This document shows, in pieces, positions 12,425-23,956 of a stretch of 64,000 bases of DNA (positions within the stretch are counted from its first letter, which is position 1; every line of letters starts with the position of its first letter). Under the pieces are notes generated by a model. It saw only the letters and a list, made by a program, of their open reading frames with translations, had not been told where the DNA came from and searched no databases. A program made the translations under genes and the position numbers. The DNA is from Leucoraja erinacea (lineage: Eukaryota): contig NC_073385.1 of assembly GCF_028641065.1 (NCBI RefSeq), positions 60,698,001-60,762,000 of the forward strand, given 5' to 3'.

Positions 12425-12842
12425 GCTATTTCTTGATAGAGGTCTATTTCTTGATAGAGGTCTATTACTTGATAGAGGTCTTTAAAATGATGAGAGGGAT
12501 AGACAGAGTTGATGTGGACAAGCTTTTCCCTTTGAGAATAGGGAAGATTCAAACAAGAACACATGACTTCAGAATTAAGGGACAGAAGTTTAGGGGTAAT
12601 ATGAGGGGGAACTTCTTTACTCAGAGAGTGGTAGCGGTGTGGAATGAGCTTCCAGTGGAAGTGGTTGAGGCAGGTTCATTGGTATCATTTAAAAATAATT
12701 TGGATAGGCATATGGATGAGAAGGGAATGGAGGGTTATGGTATGAGTGCAGGCAGGTGGGACTAAGGGGAAAAAAAAGTTGTTCGGCACGGACTTGTAGG
12801 GCCGAGATGGCCTGTTTCCGTGCTGTAATTGTTATATGGTTA
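12425..12842 (+). mobile_element. CR1 LINE 3' fragment
   Basis: LIEVFKMMRGIDRVD...FFTQRVVAVWNELP; ~18-bp unit tcttgatagaggtctatt repeated three times at its 5' edge. Confidence 0.85.
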
Positions 12843-12949
12843 TTTTTTGATATGATGCGTTTTTATGTCCACCATTTATTTTTATATTTAAAACGGATAA
12901 CATTCAAAATTCATCATGTGCCCACTGTTAGAGAAGAACACGTCATGCA

Positions 12950-14010
12950 ATTCATGAAAATGGATATAGGTAAGCAAAGATCACCACCTTGCATTAACAT
13001 TGCTCAAAGTCACAGTGGGAGATCGCAAAGTTAGGATGGCCAGGCCAAGTTTCTGTATCCAGTATTACCAAGCAAAGGCTCGAAACTGAATAACTATCAC
13101 CGAAGTGGACGGACAGGTGTGGGGCCACAAAGGTAGACAACAAGAGATGAGGCTTTCCTAACTTGGAAATGTAAGGATCAAAGAAAGACAAGCAATGCCC
13201 CGAAGAAAATTAGGAGGCAGGAGTCTCTCAGCTCAAGCACCATGTACCAACACCTCATTTAAGTTGGTCATAAAACCATACGACCTGTGAAAAAACAACT
13301 TCTAACTGCTGCAATGAAGAAGAAATTATACCAGCGAGCCTTAAAATATAAAAATTGGACATGCGAGGACTGGAGAAATGTGTTATTCTGTGACAAAAAA
13401 CATACCTGGTTCATAACCAATGCATCCAACATGCTTGGAGATCAGCTGGAGGGCCAGTGAGAAAACACCACATTGACCAGTTTATCAAACATCCTGAAAA
13501 ATGTTTTAGCAATTACGGTGTTGGTCCACTGCACCCCGTTGACCTAGATGATGAGGTCACCCCAATACACTGATATAATACAGAGAAGTGTGGTGCTGGA
13601 GATAGCAAAGAGTTTTCCAGATAGATCTGGGATATTCCAGCAAGATCGTGCACACAATTGGTGACCAATTTTTCCAGCAGAAAGTGATACGTCTTAGACT
13701 GGCCTGGTAACATATCCGACCCATATCACTTTGAGTACTTGTGGTCAATAATCAAGGAGAGATTGAAAACAAAGAACTATTCCACAAGATAGAAGCTATC
13801 AAGGCCATACTTTAGTTGTGGTATCAAGATGAAAAAATCCCCAGAAACAGTCTGGTCGATTCTACGCCAAATCATGTTAAAGACTTGTTAAAGAACCGTG
13901 TAGTGTACTAAAGACATGATGGCGCAATGGTAATTAATAAAAAGGTAGCCCAGTGACATTTTGACTTGTTTTATCCAACGTATGCTTGATTCAATTAATT
14001 TGCACAAGTA
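12950..14010 (+). mobile_element. Old Tc1/mariner-like transposase remnant
   Basis: Fragments KYKNWTCEDWRNVLFCD, IFQQD, VLDWPGN, EYLWSIIKERL across several frames. Confidence 0.7.
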
Positions 14011-14502
14011 TAAATTTTGACTCGGGAATGTAAACTAAATAACCTATAAACCAAAAAATTCTAGAAAACTTTTCAAAAATGAAAACCAGGAACAAAATTT
14101 GCAGTAGACATGACAGATATAAACACCCTGACATGCTCCTTGCAACTCTACTACGTCATGCACATTATCAAAGAGTACATGTGAACAATGAAGACACAGA
14201 GAACTGAAAAATCACCACTAAAATAATAACATCAGGCGAAAACACTGGCAAAGATAATTGCAATAAAAATTGAGTTATATAGTGTCATCAGACATCATTG
14301 GTCAAGGGATAAATATTTTTAAAAAGCATATCTTGAAAATCAATTATTTAAATATTACAATCCTAATTTGATTCACTTGCTAAATTTCAGTTGCAACTTA
14401 TGCAATAATGTCTCAAGCTTTAAAATATTAGAGAAACAAAGAGAGCATTAATGGAAAATACATTAAGGTGATGTGACAAGAACAATTGATTAACAAACTT
14501 AC

Positions 14503-14545
14503 TCCTGACTGTCTCCTCTTGCAATGCCCTTCCACAAGTTCACCA
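14503..14545 (-). CDS. KNL1: KNL1 coding exon (GELVEGHCKRRQSG)
   Basis: tttttag|...|gtaagt, 43 nt; with the next exon forms RRQSG-ILK (SILK-type motif). Confidence 0.88.
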
Positions 14546-14839
14546 CTAAAAAAGAAAAGCACATGAGAAATTAAGAACAGGTTTGTTCATGAGTTTAAAC
14601 TCAAATGGTACAAGAACAGCTGGGCACAAAATGCTGGACTAACTCAGCGGGATAGGCAACATCTCCGAAGAGAAGGAATGGGCGATGTTTCAGGTCGAGA
14701 CCCTTCTTCAGACTGGCACAAGAACATGATCCAAATCAGGAGTGAAGCAGTTGAGAGGCGAGAAGTTGGTACAGATTGTGACAAAAGCAAGTTTAGGATA
14801 AGCAGGAGCACAGCAGGGAGTGAGGAAGGACTGTTGGAT

Positions 14840-15587
14840 TAAATTGCATTTATTTCAATACGAGAGGACTGACAGGCAAGGCAGAGAAAATGAGAGAGTG
14901 GCTAGGTGCATGCAACTGATGTTATAGCTATTACAGAAACCTGGCTAAGAGAGGGACAGAACTGTCAGTTTATTGTTCCAGGGTACAGATGCTACACGCA
15001 AGACGGAGTTGGGGGGGTAAAAAGGTGGGGAGTTGTTTTACTGATTAAGGAGAACATCACAGCAATAGTCCAAGATGACATTACTGATGGTTATCCATAA
15101 GGCTATACAGATGAAGCTGAGAAATAAAAAGTATTTGATCACCTTGTAGGGTGTGTGCTTTAGGCCCCCAAGCAGTCAATGGGAAATCAGAAGGTGAAAC
15201 ATGTTGGGTGATTGCGGAGAACTGCAAATCTAATAGGGGTGTAATTGTAGGGATTTAAAATTTCCCCAACATGGACTTGGCCTGCCGTAGTGTCACGGAC
15301 AGGGTGGAATTTCTTAGAAGTGTTCATGTCATTAAGCAAGAAAATGTACAGAGAAGATTTACGCATATGTTGCCAGGAGCCCAGGACTTGAGCTGCAGGG
15401 AAATGTTGGACAGGCTGGGGCTTTATTCCTTGGAGTGCTGGAGACTGAGGGTGATCTTATGGAGGTGCATAAAACCACAAGGGGAATAGGGGGAGGGTGA
15501 ATGCACAAAATATTTTAACCAAGGGAGGGGGAATTCAATAATCAGAGGATTTAGGTTTATGGTCCTATCACCCAAGAAGGGAAATTT
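14840..15587 (+). mobile_element. CR1 LINE fragments (endonuclease part fused to 3' part)
   Basis: DVIAITETWL, GVVLLIKE, VQRRFTHMLPG...LGLYSLE; element resumes at ~17070-17295. Confidence 0.75.
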
Positions 15588-17055
15588 AATTCAATTCAAT
15601 TCAACTTTATTGTCATTGCACAGATACAAGTATAGGTACAACAAAATGCAGTTTAGCGTCTGGTCATAATCATTGTGCAAGATAGTAGAAGGAGAAAATA
15701 AAAATACAGAATAAGCATACAATAGAGTAAAAGAGTACTGGTTAACAATGTGTGGAATGTGGATGGATTAGAAAAAAAACTGGTACATAGGCAAATACTG
15801 TATACAAATGGGAGAGACTAAAGATATCTAGCGACGGAACTCCGAGTTCAGCAGTGTAATAGTGTTATTGAAAAAGCTGTTCCTCATCCTGCTTGTGCGA
15901 GACCTGAAGCTCCTGTACCGCCTCCCTGATGGGAGGAGGGCAAACAGTCCATGGTTAGGGTGGGAGGGGTCCTTGATGATTTTCCCGGCCCGTCTCAGAC
16001 ACCGTTTTCGGTGGAGGGCATCCATGGCAGGGAGCGGGGCACCGATGATGTGCTGAGCGGTTTTCACCACCCGTTGTAGTGCCTTCCTGTCAGCTGCGGT
16101 GCAACTGCTGTACCATACCGTGAAGCAGGTGGTCAGGATGCTTTCGATGGTACAGCAGTAGAAGTTGGTCAGGATCTGTGGGGACAGGTGAACTTTCTTG
16201 AGCCTCCTCAGGAAGTAAAGGCGCTGCTGCGCCTTTTTGATCTATTTGGTGGTATTGAGGGACCAGGACAGATCCTCCAAGATGTGTACCCCGAGGAATT
16301 TGTACTTGGAGACGCGCTCCACCTCAGTCCCGTTTATATGGATGGGGGTATGTCTGCCCCCTCTGTTCTTCCTGAAGTCAACAATAATTTCCTTCGTCTT
16401 CTTGGAGTTGAGGATGAGGTTATTGTTGGCACACCAGGCTGCCAGGTTCTGGACCTCCTCCCTGTAGGCTGACTCGTCGTTGTCACTGATCAGTCCTACC
16501 ACCGTGGTGTCGTCGGCAAATTTTATGATGGCGTTGGAGCCATACTTAGGGATGCAGTCATGGGTGAAGAGGGAGTAGAGGAAAGGGCTGAGGTTGTTGA
16601 TCCTAATAGACTGGGGTCTGTTGGTGAGGAAATCCAGTGTCCAATTGCAGAGGGAGGTGGTGATGCCAAGTCTGCTGAGTTTGGTGATCAAGCTAGCGGG
16701 GATGACAGTGTTAAAGGCGGAGCTGGAATCGATGAACAGCAACCTGATGTAGGTGTTATTGCTGTCCAGGTGGGTCAGGGCAGAATGTAGGGCCGCTGAT
16801 ATGGCGTCCTCTGTAGACCTGTTGGTCCGGTAGGCAAACTGATGAGGGTCCAGTGTGGGGGGGAGGCTGGCTTTGAGGTGAGCCAAGATCACCCCCGAAC
16901 GAACAACCCCTCAGTCTCTCCACCTCTGCTGTACAAGGCACACCGAGCAAGGTGAATGAGCACAAAGCTGCCGGCCCGGATGGCATCCGCGAGCGTGTGC
17001 TCAGGGCATGTGCTGGACCTGCTATCCCTGGTCTTCACTGACATTTTCAATCTGG
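15588..17055 (-). mobile_element. Rex1/Babar-type LINE with an inverted 5' segment
   Basis: [39 protein letters not shown] on minus; (ttgaa)n tail at 15588; segment 16890-17055 encodes KAAGPDGI...VFTDIFNL on plus. Confidence 0.88.
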
Positions 17056-19067
17056 CACAATGGTTGAAAGGGTAACTTTTCCCCTCCCAGAGGATGGTGG
17101 ATATATGGAACGAGCTGCCAGAGGCGCTGGAGGAGGCAGGTACTATAACATAATTATTTTAAAAAAAAATCTGGACAGGTAAGGTTTAGGGGATATATAC
17201 CAAAAGCAGGCTAGTGGACTAGCTTAGATGAGATATCTTGTTCGGCATCATGGAGGAGTTTGGTCGAAGGGCTCGTTTCCGTGCTTAATGACTGAGACCA
17301 ATACCCAAATGAATACTACACCTCTATCTTTGCAGTCAGTTAATTTGAGAGAAAAAAAGTGATAATATAAAAAAGATGCAACAATTAACTGCAGATCTGC
17401 ACAGCTGTATTACAAGGAAAATTGTAAAAACAATTATATCCCATTTAATTTGCTTAGGAAGGGCTGAAGTAGACACAATATTTAAGACGTGTACTGGGAT
17501 CACACAGAATTATGACCCATCTCTGCTTATCCTAATACATTCTAAAGAAAACAACCTCATTCTGGACCACTTTCCCCTACAACAGACTTCTTCAGCCAGG
17601 ACAACATTTTCAGGTATGTTTTTGTATTATCACTTTTTTTCTGCAATACACCGACTACAATTATACACACTATGACCTAATCAATCTGTTGCACTTACAC
17701 TCCATGCATCAGCATATATTCCATTGCATTCTTACCCACCTGCCCCATTTTCAGAGATCTGTGGCTATGCATTCCACAATACACCTGTTCCTCGAAACTA
17801 CATTTTTTAAATGTCCTTCTATTTGCTAATTATTCCCATGGTTTATTTAACGATGTCCTTCACAAATACCTAAGATTTTTCTAAATGTCTAGCGCAACCG
17901 TCAGTCACTGGATTAAGTGCCTTGATAGTGCAGCCTTGCTAAGAGAAAGAAGCCCGTTTTTGGTTAGCTGCTATGCGATCAATTATGAAACATGCCCCTT
18001 GCTTGAAGAGCTTGCATCCATTACATAAAATGAATTACATGTAGTGATCTCAGATAAAGCATTTCAAAGGTATCCAATGACCTGAGTCTTAAGTTCTGCC
18101 ATGTGCTCATCTCAACAAAAGTATAAAATGAAGTAGCACAACCAGTTGCAGGAGGACAGGGTAATACAGATTACATCTATGTTTTGTGTGGCAAGGCAGT
18201 ACAGGAACTGATAACAATAAGCCGGCCTTTCAAACTAACAAAATGAGACAACTTTGAAGATGAGTTAAAGCAAGTAAGATAGAGTAGGCACATTTGAATT
18301 ATCTGCATATAATGTAGTTCATTTAGACCAGAAGACAACTGCAGGAGGCAATGACAAGAGGTGGTTTTCTGACCATGTGGAGACAAGGGAAGGATGTTCA
18401 AAGACAGGTGGATAAAATAAGAAGCCATGTAAGCAATGTACCAAAATGTTAATAATCTGGCAAGCTCAGAATTTTGGTTTTGTTGGTTAGGCGGATTTTG
18501 CAGACGATTGAATATTATTTCAGGCACTTAATTCAGAAGTCAGGTCAAATAAGGCAGAATACCAAGAATACAATTGCATTCTACTGGAATGGCATCACAA
18601 ATAAAAATTAGGTTGAGACTAAGACATTAACCTTTCTAGCAAGATTAAATTTAGTAGCCTTTAGGAGTAGTCAAGACCCAACCTGCACGCAAAATGACAT
18701 TACCAATAACCAATATCTTGGGGATAGAGAGATTAGAATCTTGGCAGTGACTAAGTGTCTTCAGAATGATCATTGGAGAAAATGTGCTGATCACATTTGA
18801 CAGATACGACCATTCCAAAAACTATAAATCTGAAACAGCCAAACAAAGTGAAGGTTGAAAACCACTGTAAAATGATAATGGCATGTCACAGTGCTGCATC
18901 CCATACCCATTCTCAAACAAAGCGGATTTGGCTCCCAACAAAATTGTTTTAACCATCACTTATGGCAAACAGAGATATTTATTTGGGTTTGACCTGCTTT
19001 TTGTATTGTTCAATTGAACAATTAGCACATCAGGTGGAACCATCAATTGTATCAAATAGGATACAAA

Positions 19068-19353
19068 GCAGTGCGGTGGCGCAGCAGTGGAGCTACTGCC
19101 TTACAGCGCCAAAGACCCGGGTTCGATCGGTTGCTTGTCTGTACGTTCTCCCTGTGATCTGCATTGGTTTTCTCCGAGATCTTTGGTTTTGCTCCCATAC
19201 TCCAAAGACGTATGGGTTTGTCGGTTAATTGGCTTGATATAAATGTTAAAAAGTGTCCATATGTGTAGGGTAATATTAATGTGTGGGGATCACTAGTCAA
19301 TGCGGACAGTGGGTCGAAGGGCCTGTTTCTGCATTGTATCTCTAAACTGAACT
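19068..19353 (+). mobile_element. HE1-like tRNA-derived SINE
   Basis: ggtggcgcagcagtgg A-box, gggttcgatc B-box, acgttctccctgtg core, ctaaactgaac tail. Confidence 0.85.
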
Positions 19354-19573
19354 ATATGAACCACAGCAAAGGCAGAGATGATGAAATGATTGAGGGAGAA
19401 AATCCATCAATTTCTACAATCGGAACAAAAAAAACCTTGCTGATATCTTATTTTTCCTTTGTCCTTAATAACAAATGAGGCATTAAACATTGAAACACTT
19501 ATGAGCACACACAACACACACAGCGGGAAGGCTAATAAAATGAAAGGATATTATTGGAAAAGGCTATGCATAC

Positions 19574-19608
19574 TTGGCCTCTAGAAGTACAGAATAATTT
19601 TCATCCAT
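19574..19608 (-). CDS. KNL1: KNL1 first coding exon (MDENYSVLLEA); exon spans 19617-19574
   Basis: ctgactgcag|gtttaaaccATGG in good Kozak context, gtatgc donor; 35 coding nt; reads in frame through all downstream exons. Confidence 0.85.
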
Positions 19609-19849
19609 GGTTTAAACCTGCAGTCAGAAAGAAAACAACTTAATATGAAGTTAGGAATCTAACAAATTCACAACAAATATTATGCTACAAATGTGTGGCA
19701 TAACATTTAAGAGAAGCAGCCAAAGCAGAACCAAAATACAAACAGAAAACATGTTACAAATCTACTCGATTTAGATCCTGCAATAGCAATACAACTCCTG
19801 AAATTGTATTACCTAATCACAAATCCAGTATGATTACTCGGCATAAACA

Positions 19850-21318
19850 AATTGGTCGAGTGGACGGAAAATAATACCCTTGAGATTAACATAAAGAAAA
19901 CAAAAAAGATTGTATTTGGCTCACCATCTGACTCTCATAAAGTTTCACTTGTTTCCAATAACAAAAAAATCAAGCAGGTGTCTTCACTTAAATACTTGGG
20001 GGTAACGATAGACTATCAGTTATCATGGAATAACCACATTGATAAGTTTTGCAATAAGACAAAACAAAGAATCTGGTTTCTTCGTTGACTAAGATCATTC
20101 GGAGCAAGTAAACAAATCCTTTTATTATTTTTTACTGCCGTGATAATGAATGTTTTGCAGTATTGAAACACTACTTGGTACAAGAGTCAGTCTGCTACTT
20201 CTAAATCAAAACTGCTCCAACAAATAAAAATTTGCTCAAAGATTGTAGGTCAATCACTACAAAAATTGTATCTATCATTCTACCTTAAAAACATACCAAG
20301 GATTGCCATTAACATTTCCTCTGACACCAACCACATTCTGAATAGTGAGTACAATTTGTTACCATCAAACCGGAGATATAGGGTTCCAAAATTTAATAAG
20401 GTTAGAATAAGGTTTCATAGCAAAAGGATTTGAGTATAGGAGCAGGGAGATTCTACTTCAGTTGTACAGGGTCTTGGTGAGACCACACCTGGAGTATTGC
20501 ATACAGTTTTGGTCTCCTAATCTGAGGAAAGACATTCTTGCCATAGAGAGAGTACAGAGTAGGTTCACCAGAGTGATTCCTGGGATGTCAGGACTTTCAT
20601 ATGAAGAAAGACTGGATAGACTCGGCTTGTACTCGCTAGAATTTAGAAGATTGAGGGGGGATCTCATAGAAACTTACAAAATTCTTAAGGGGTTGGACAG
20701 GCAAGATGCAGGAAGATTGTTCCCGATGTTGGGGAAGTCCAGAACAAGGGGTCACAGTTTAAGGATAAGGGGGAAATATTTTAGGACCGAGATGAGAAAA
20801 ACATTTTTCACACAGAGAGTGGTGAATCTCTGGAATTCTCTGCCACAGAAGGTAGTTGAGGCCAGTTCATTGGCTATATTTAAGAGGGAGTTAGATGTGG
20901 CTCTTGTGGCTAAAGGGATCAGGGAGTATGGAGAGAAGGCAGGTACAGGATACCGAGTTGGATGATCAGCCATGATCATATTGAATGGCGGTGCAGGCTC
21001 GAAGGGCCGAATGGCCTACTCCTGCACCTAATTTCTATGTTTCTATGAATGAGGGGCTCTTTTGTGCACCAGTCAATCCTTGAACTAAACACGGCGCTTA
21101 ATCCCAGATCAAACGTACGCTGACGGGCCATAAATGTGGTCTTCTGTTATTGTAATGTCTTGTCGAATGTGGGTATTTGGGGATCCTGTCTTGATATCTT
21201 GATGCGTGTCTTCTTTCGCCCCTCTTGTCTTTTTTCTGATGCTGTAAATAGAGCTTCTGTGATGCAAAACAAATTTCAGACTTGCTCTGACAATAAAGTA
21301 TTATCGTATCGTATTTAT
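19850..21318 (+). mobile_element. Non-LTR retrotransposon 3' fragment split by a younger CR1 copy (20412-21047)
   Basis: Host reads EINIKKTKKI..KYLGVTID..RVPKFNKVR and resumes after the insert; insert ORF YRVLVRPHLEYCIQFWSP with intact 3' UTR and ttctatg tail. Confidence 0.8.
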
Positions 21319-21319
21319 T

Positions 21320-21595
21320 TCAAGAGGGCAAGAATACAAAAACAGGGATGTAATGCCAAGGCTCTATAAGGCCCTGGACAGGCTGCATTTGGAGTGTTGC
21401 GAGCAATTTTGTGCACCATATCTGAGGAAGGATGTGCTGGCTTTAGAAAGGATCCAGGGTAGGTTCACAAGAATTATCCCAGGAATTAGTGGATTAACAT
21501 ATGATGAGTGTTTGACGGAACTGGGCCAGTGCTCGCTGGAGATTAGATGGATGAGGGGGGACCTCATTGAAACTTATCAAATAGTGAAAGGTGGG
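21320..21595 (+). mobile_element. CR1 fragment
   Basis: LYKALDRLHLECCEQFCAPYLRKD. Confidence 0.75.
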
Positions 21596-21799
21596 ATACA
21601 ATGAAATCTATGACAGGAATGTCAACCCCATCTAGGTTCAAAGGTTCAACTAGATCTAAATCTATTGTGACATATAACGAACCATTTCTCTCCAATGAAC
21701 TTTGGAGAGAAGGAATGGGCGACGTTTCGGGACAAGACCCGTCTTCAGACCAACTCACAAGGCCTAAGCCCAACAATTCGTGAATTGTTTTTAAGATAA

Positions 21800-22600
21800 A
21801 ACGCGGCGGCATTGAGTGTCGCCCACACCCAGCATCCCACACCGCACCCGACTAATTCACAGACGTTGCATTGAACTGCGTTGCTGTCATTACCTTAACG
21901 CTGGACCGCCCAACAACAACAGCAACAGCAGCAGCGGCGCCGCCCGCCCGCCAGCGACCCGCGTTTCTTCACGGCCAGAATTTAAATTCAACCGCCTTTC
22001 CGTTGGTCACGCATGCGCGATGAGACTTCACCGCCGTCGGCCGGCACTTTGCACATGCGTATTCGGGATATCGCCGGCCTCCTGCACATGCGCAATTGGT
22101 TGATTGACGGCAGCCGGCTGCCTGCGCCTGCGCCGACCGTGGTTCTCGCCGTCTGTCAAACTGGGAATAATTAAAAGTTGTGACAATTTCCCCTCCCCCT
22201 TCCCCCCTCCCCTCCCTCCATAATTAAAAGCAAAGATCCTATAGGACAAAGATAGGATCTTTGTTTAAAAGGGGAAAGTATCTCGGATCGGGTAAGGATT
22301 TTTGAAGGAGGATTCATCGCAGAGCTCTAAGGGGAAGTGAGGTGGTGGCGAGGGCGGGTCTGTGCTTGAATCGTGAGGCGGCAGTTTCCAGCAAAGATCC
22401 GATAGCGGAGCTCCTCTAGTATCTTTGGTTTCCAGAGGGGGTTTGAAGGCAAGTAGTGGTGGTGGTGCAGGGGCAGCTGGAGAGCTGTTTGCGGGGAAGG
22501 TGGTGGCGACAGCGGGGTTTTAAGGGGCTGCTCCTCAAGGAGGGTCGTTAACATGGGTGGAAGGTTTGGTCCCTGGTGTTGGCCGCACGGCTCCTGGTAG
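21800..22600. promoter_or_regulatory. CpG-rich bidirectional promoter for KNL1 (-) and KNSTRN (+)
   Basis: CpG-dense; NRF1-like GCATGCGC/GCACATGCGCA at 22010, 22050, 22083, 22123; ATTGG (CCAAT on minus) at 22095; GGCGG then TTGAATTTAAA on minus at 21981-21996; minus donor AAG|GTAATG at 21893; plus donor candidate at 22292. Confidence 0.8.
21894..21980 (-). other. KNL1: KNL1 non-coding exon 1 (5' end approximate)
   Basis: Strong donor AAG|gtaatg at 21893 just downstream of the promoter motifs. Confidence 0.65.
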
Positions 22601-23084
22601 GGGATTGATCCCTGGGTAGGGGCGTTAATGGGCTTATGGATAAGAAGTCAAGTAGGTTTGCTAGCTAAGCTGTCTGCTTTACCCCGAAAGGTGACATATT
22701 CTTGTTATAAAACTGCGTTCTCCAAAATTCAGAATATTTATTCATATTTTGGCAAAGATAACAATTTCCAGAGTACTTTTGAAAGGGCACAAGGAAGTGT
22801 TTTCAACGGGTGTAACGTTTGTATTTTTGATGGAGTTATCATCTTTCCATTATTCGACTAAACCGTTGAGAAAATGTCGGGATCCACAGATCTAAATTGA
22901 GATGGCACAGAAGGTGTGCTTAATTCAGCGTGAAATAGAAAATTAGTGCACCTCTGTTTTAATTCAATTTATATTTATGTCTGCACTCCTGTCTTTCCTC
23001 TTCCTTCTGTATGTCGTTGTGTAGTAGAGACACAAGACTGACAATGCTGGAATATGGAGCAACAAACAGTATGTTGGAGGAGGT

Positions 23085-23365
23085 CACAAAAATGATGGAG
23101 AAACTGGAGCAGCAACTCGGCGGGTGGCAGCAGCATCTATGGAGCGAAGGAAATAGGCAACGTTCCATCGCTGGCCGAAAAAAACTTCCTTCATAGTCTG
23201 AAGAAAAGTCAAAGGGTTTCGGTCCCGAAACGTTGCCTATTCTTCCTTCGCTCCATAGATGCTGCTGGCCCCCTCCAGGAGCTGAACTCGGGCGGGAGAA
23301 TTCTCCAGCATTTTTGTGTATCCTTCGATTTGTCCAGCCCGCATCTGCAGTTCCTTCTTGAACAG
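23085..23365. repeat. Inverted pair of Penelope terminal-repeat fragments
   Basis: gcagcatctatggagcgaaggaaataggcaacgtt and its near reverse complement aacgttgcctatt..ccttcgctccatagatgctgc, about 65 bp apart. Confidence 0.8.
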
Positions 23366-23956
23366 TATGTTCGGCCAGCCCCGCGAACGGTGAGTAGCTC
23401 TGTATCTGTTGATCCTGGGGCCTCAAAGGAACGGTTGACAGAGATTTAAAAAGTTTCCCCAGTCAAACCTGACACTCATTAAAACACAGACAGAAAATAA
23501 TAAAAACGCGGACAGACTGCAGAGGCCGCTGCTGGCCAGAGCCGCGCCGCCTACCTGGGGGGGGGGGGGGTTGGGGGATGGGCTGCACCCCGCTGAGAGC
23601 ATTTTTGTGTACCTTCGATTTTCCAGCATGCAGTGGAGAACTCTGTATAAAAGTTTTTTTTGGTCAAACCTTCCTGTCACATCGGGGGGGGGGGGGGAGA
23701 GTGCAGTGGAGAGATAAGTTTTTTTGGCCTTCCATCACAGCGATGTGATGGATGTTTATGTAAATTATGTTGTGTCTTGGGTCTATTTGTTTGTAATGTA
23801 TGGCTGCAGAAACGTCATTTCGTTTGGACCTCAAGGGGTCCAAATGACAAATAAATTGAATTGAATTGAGAATTTCGAACTGTAATGTTGACAATTTTTT
23901 CTGCTATCATACCTCCACTCGCTATTGCTCGACTGGTTGAGTTCCTCCAGCAAACT

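Noticed and set aside
19068-19135. tRNA-like sequences here and at ~33690, 40035, 43860
   Set aside because: They are SINE heads followed by SINE body and tail, not full cloverleaf tRNA genes
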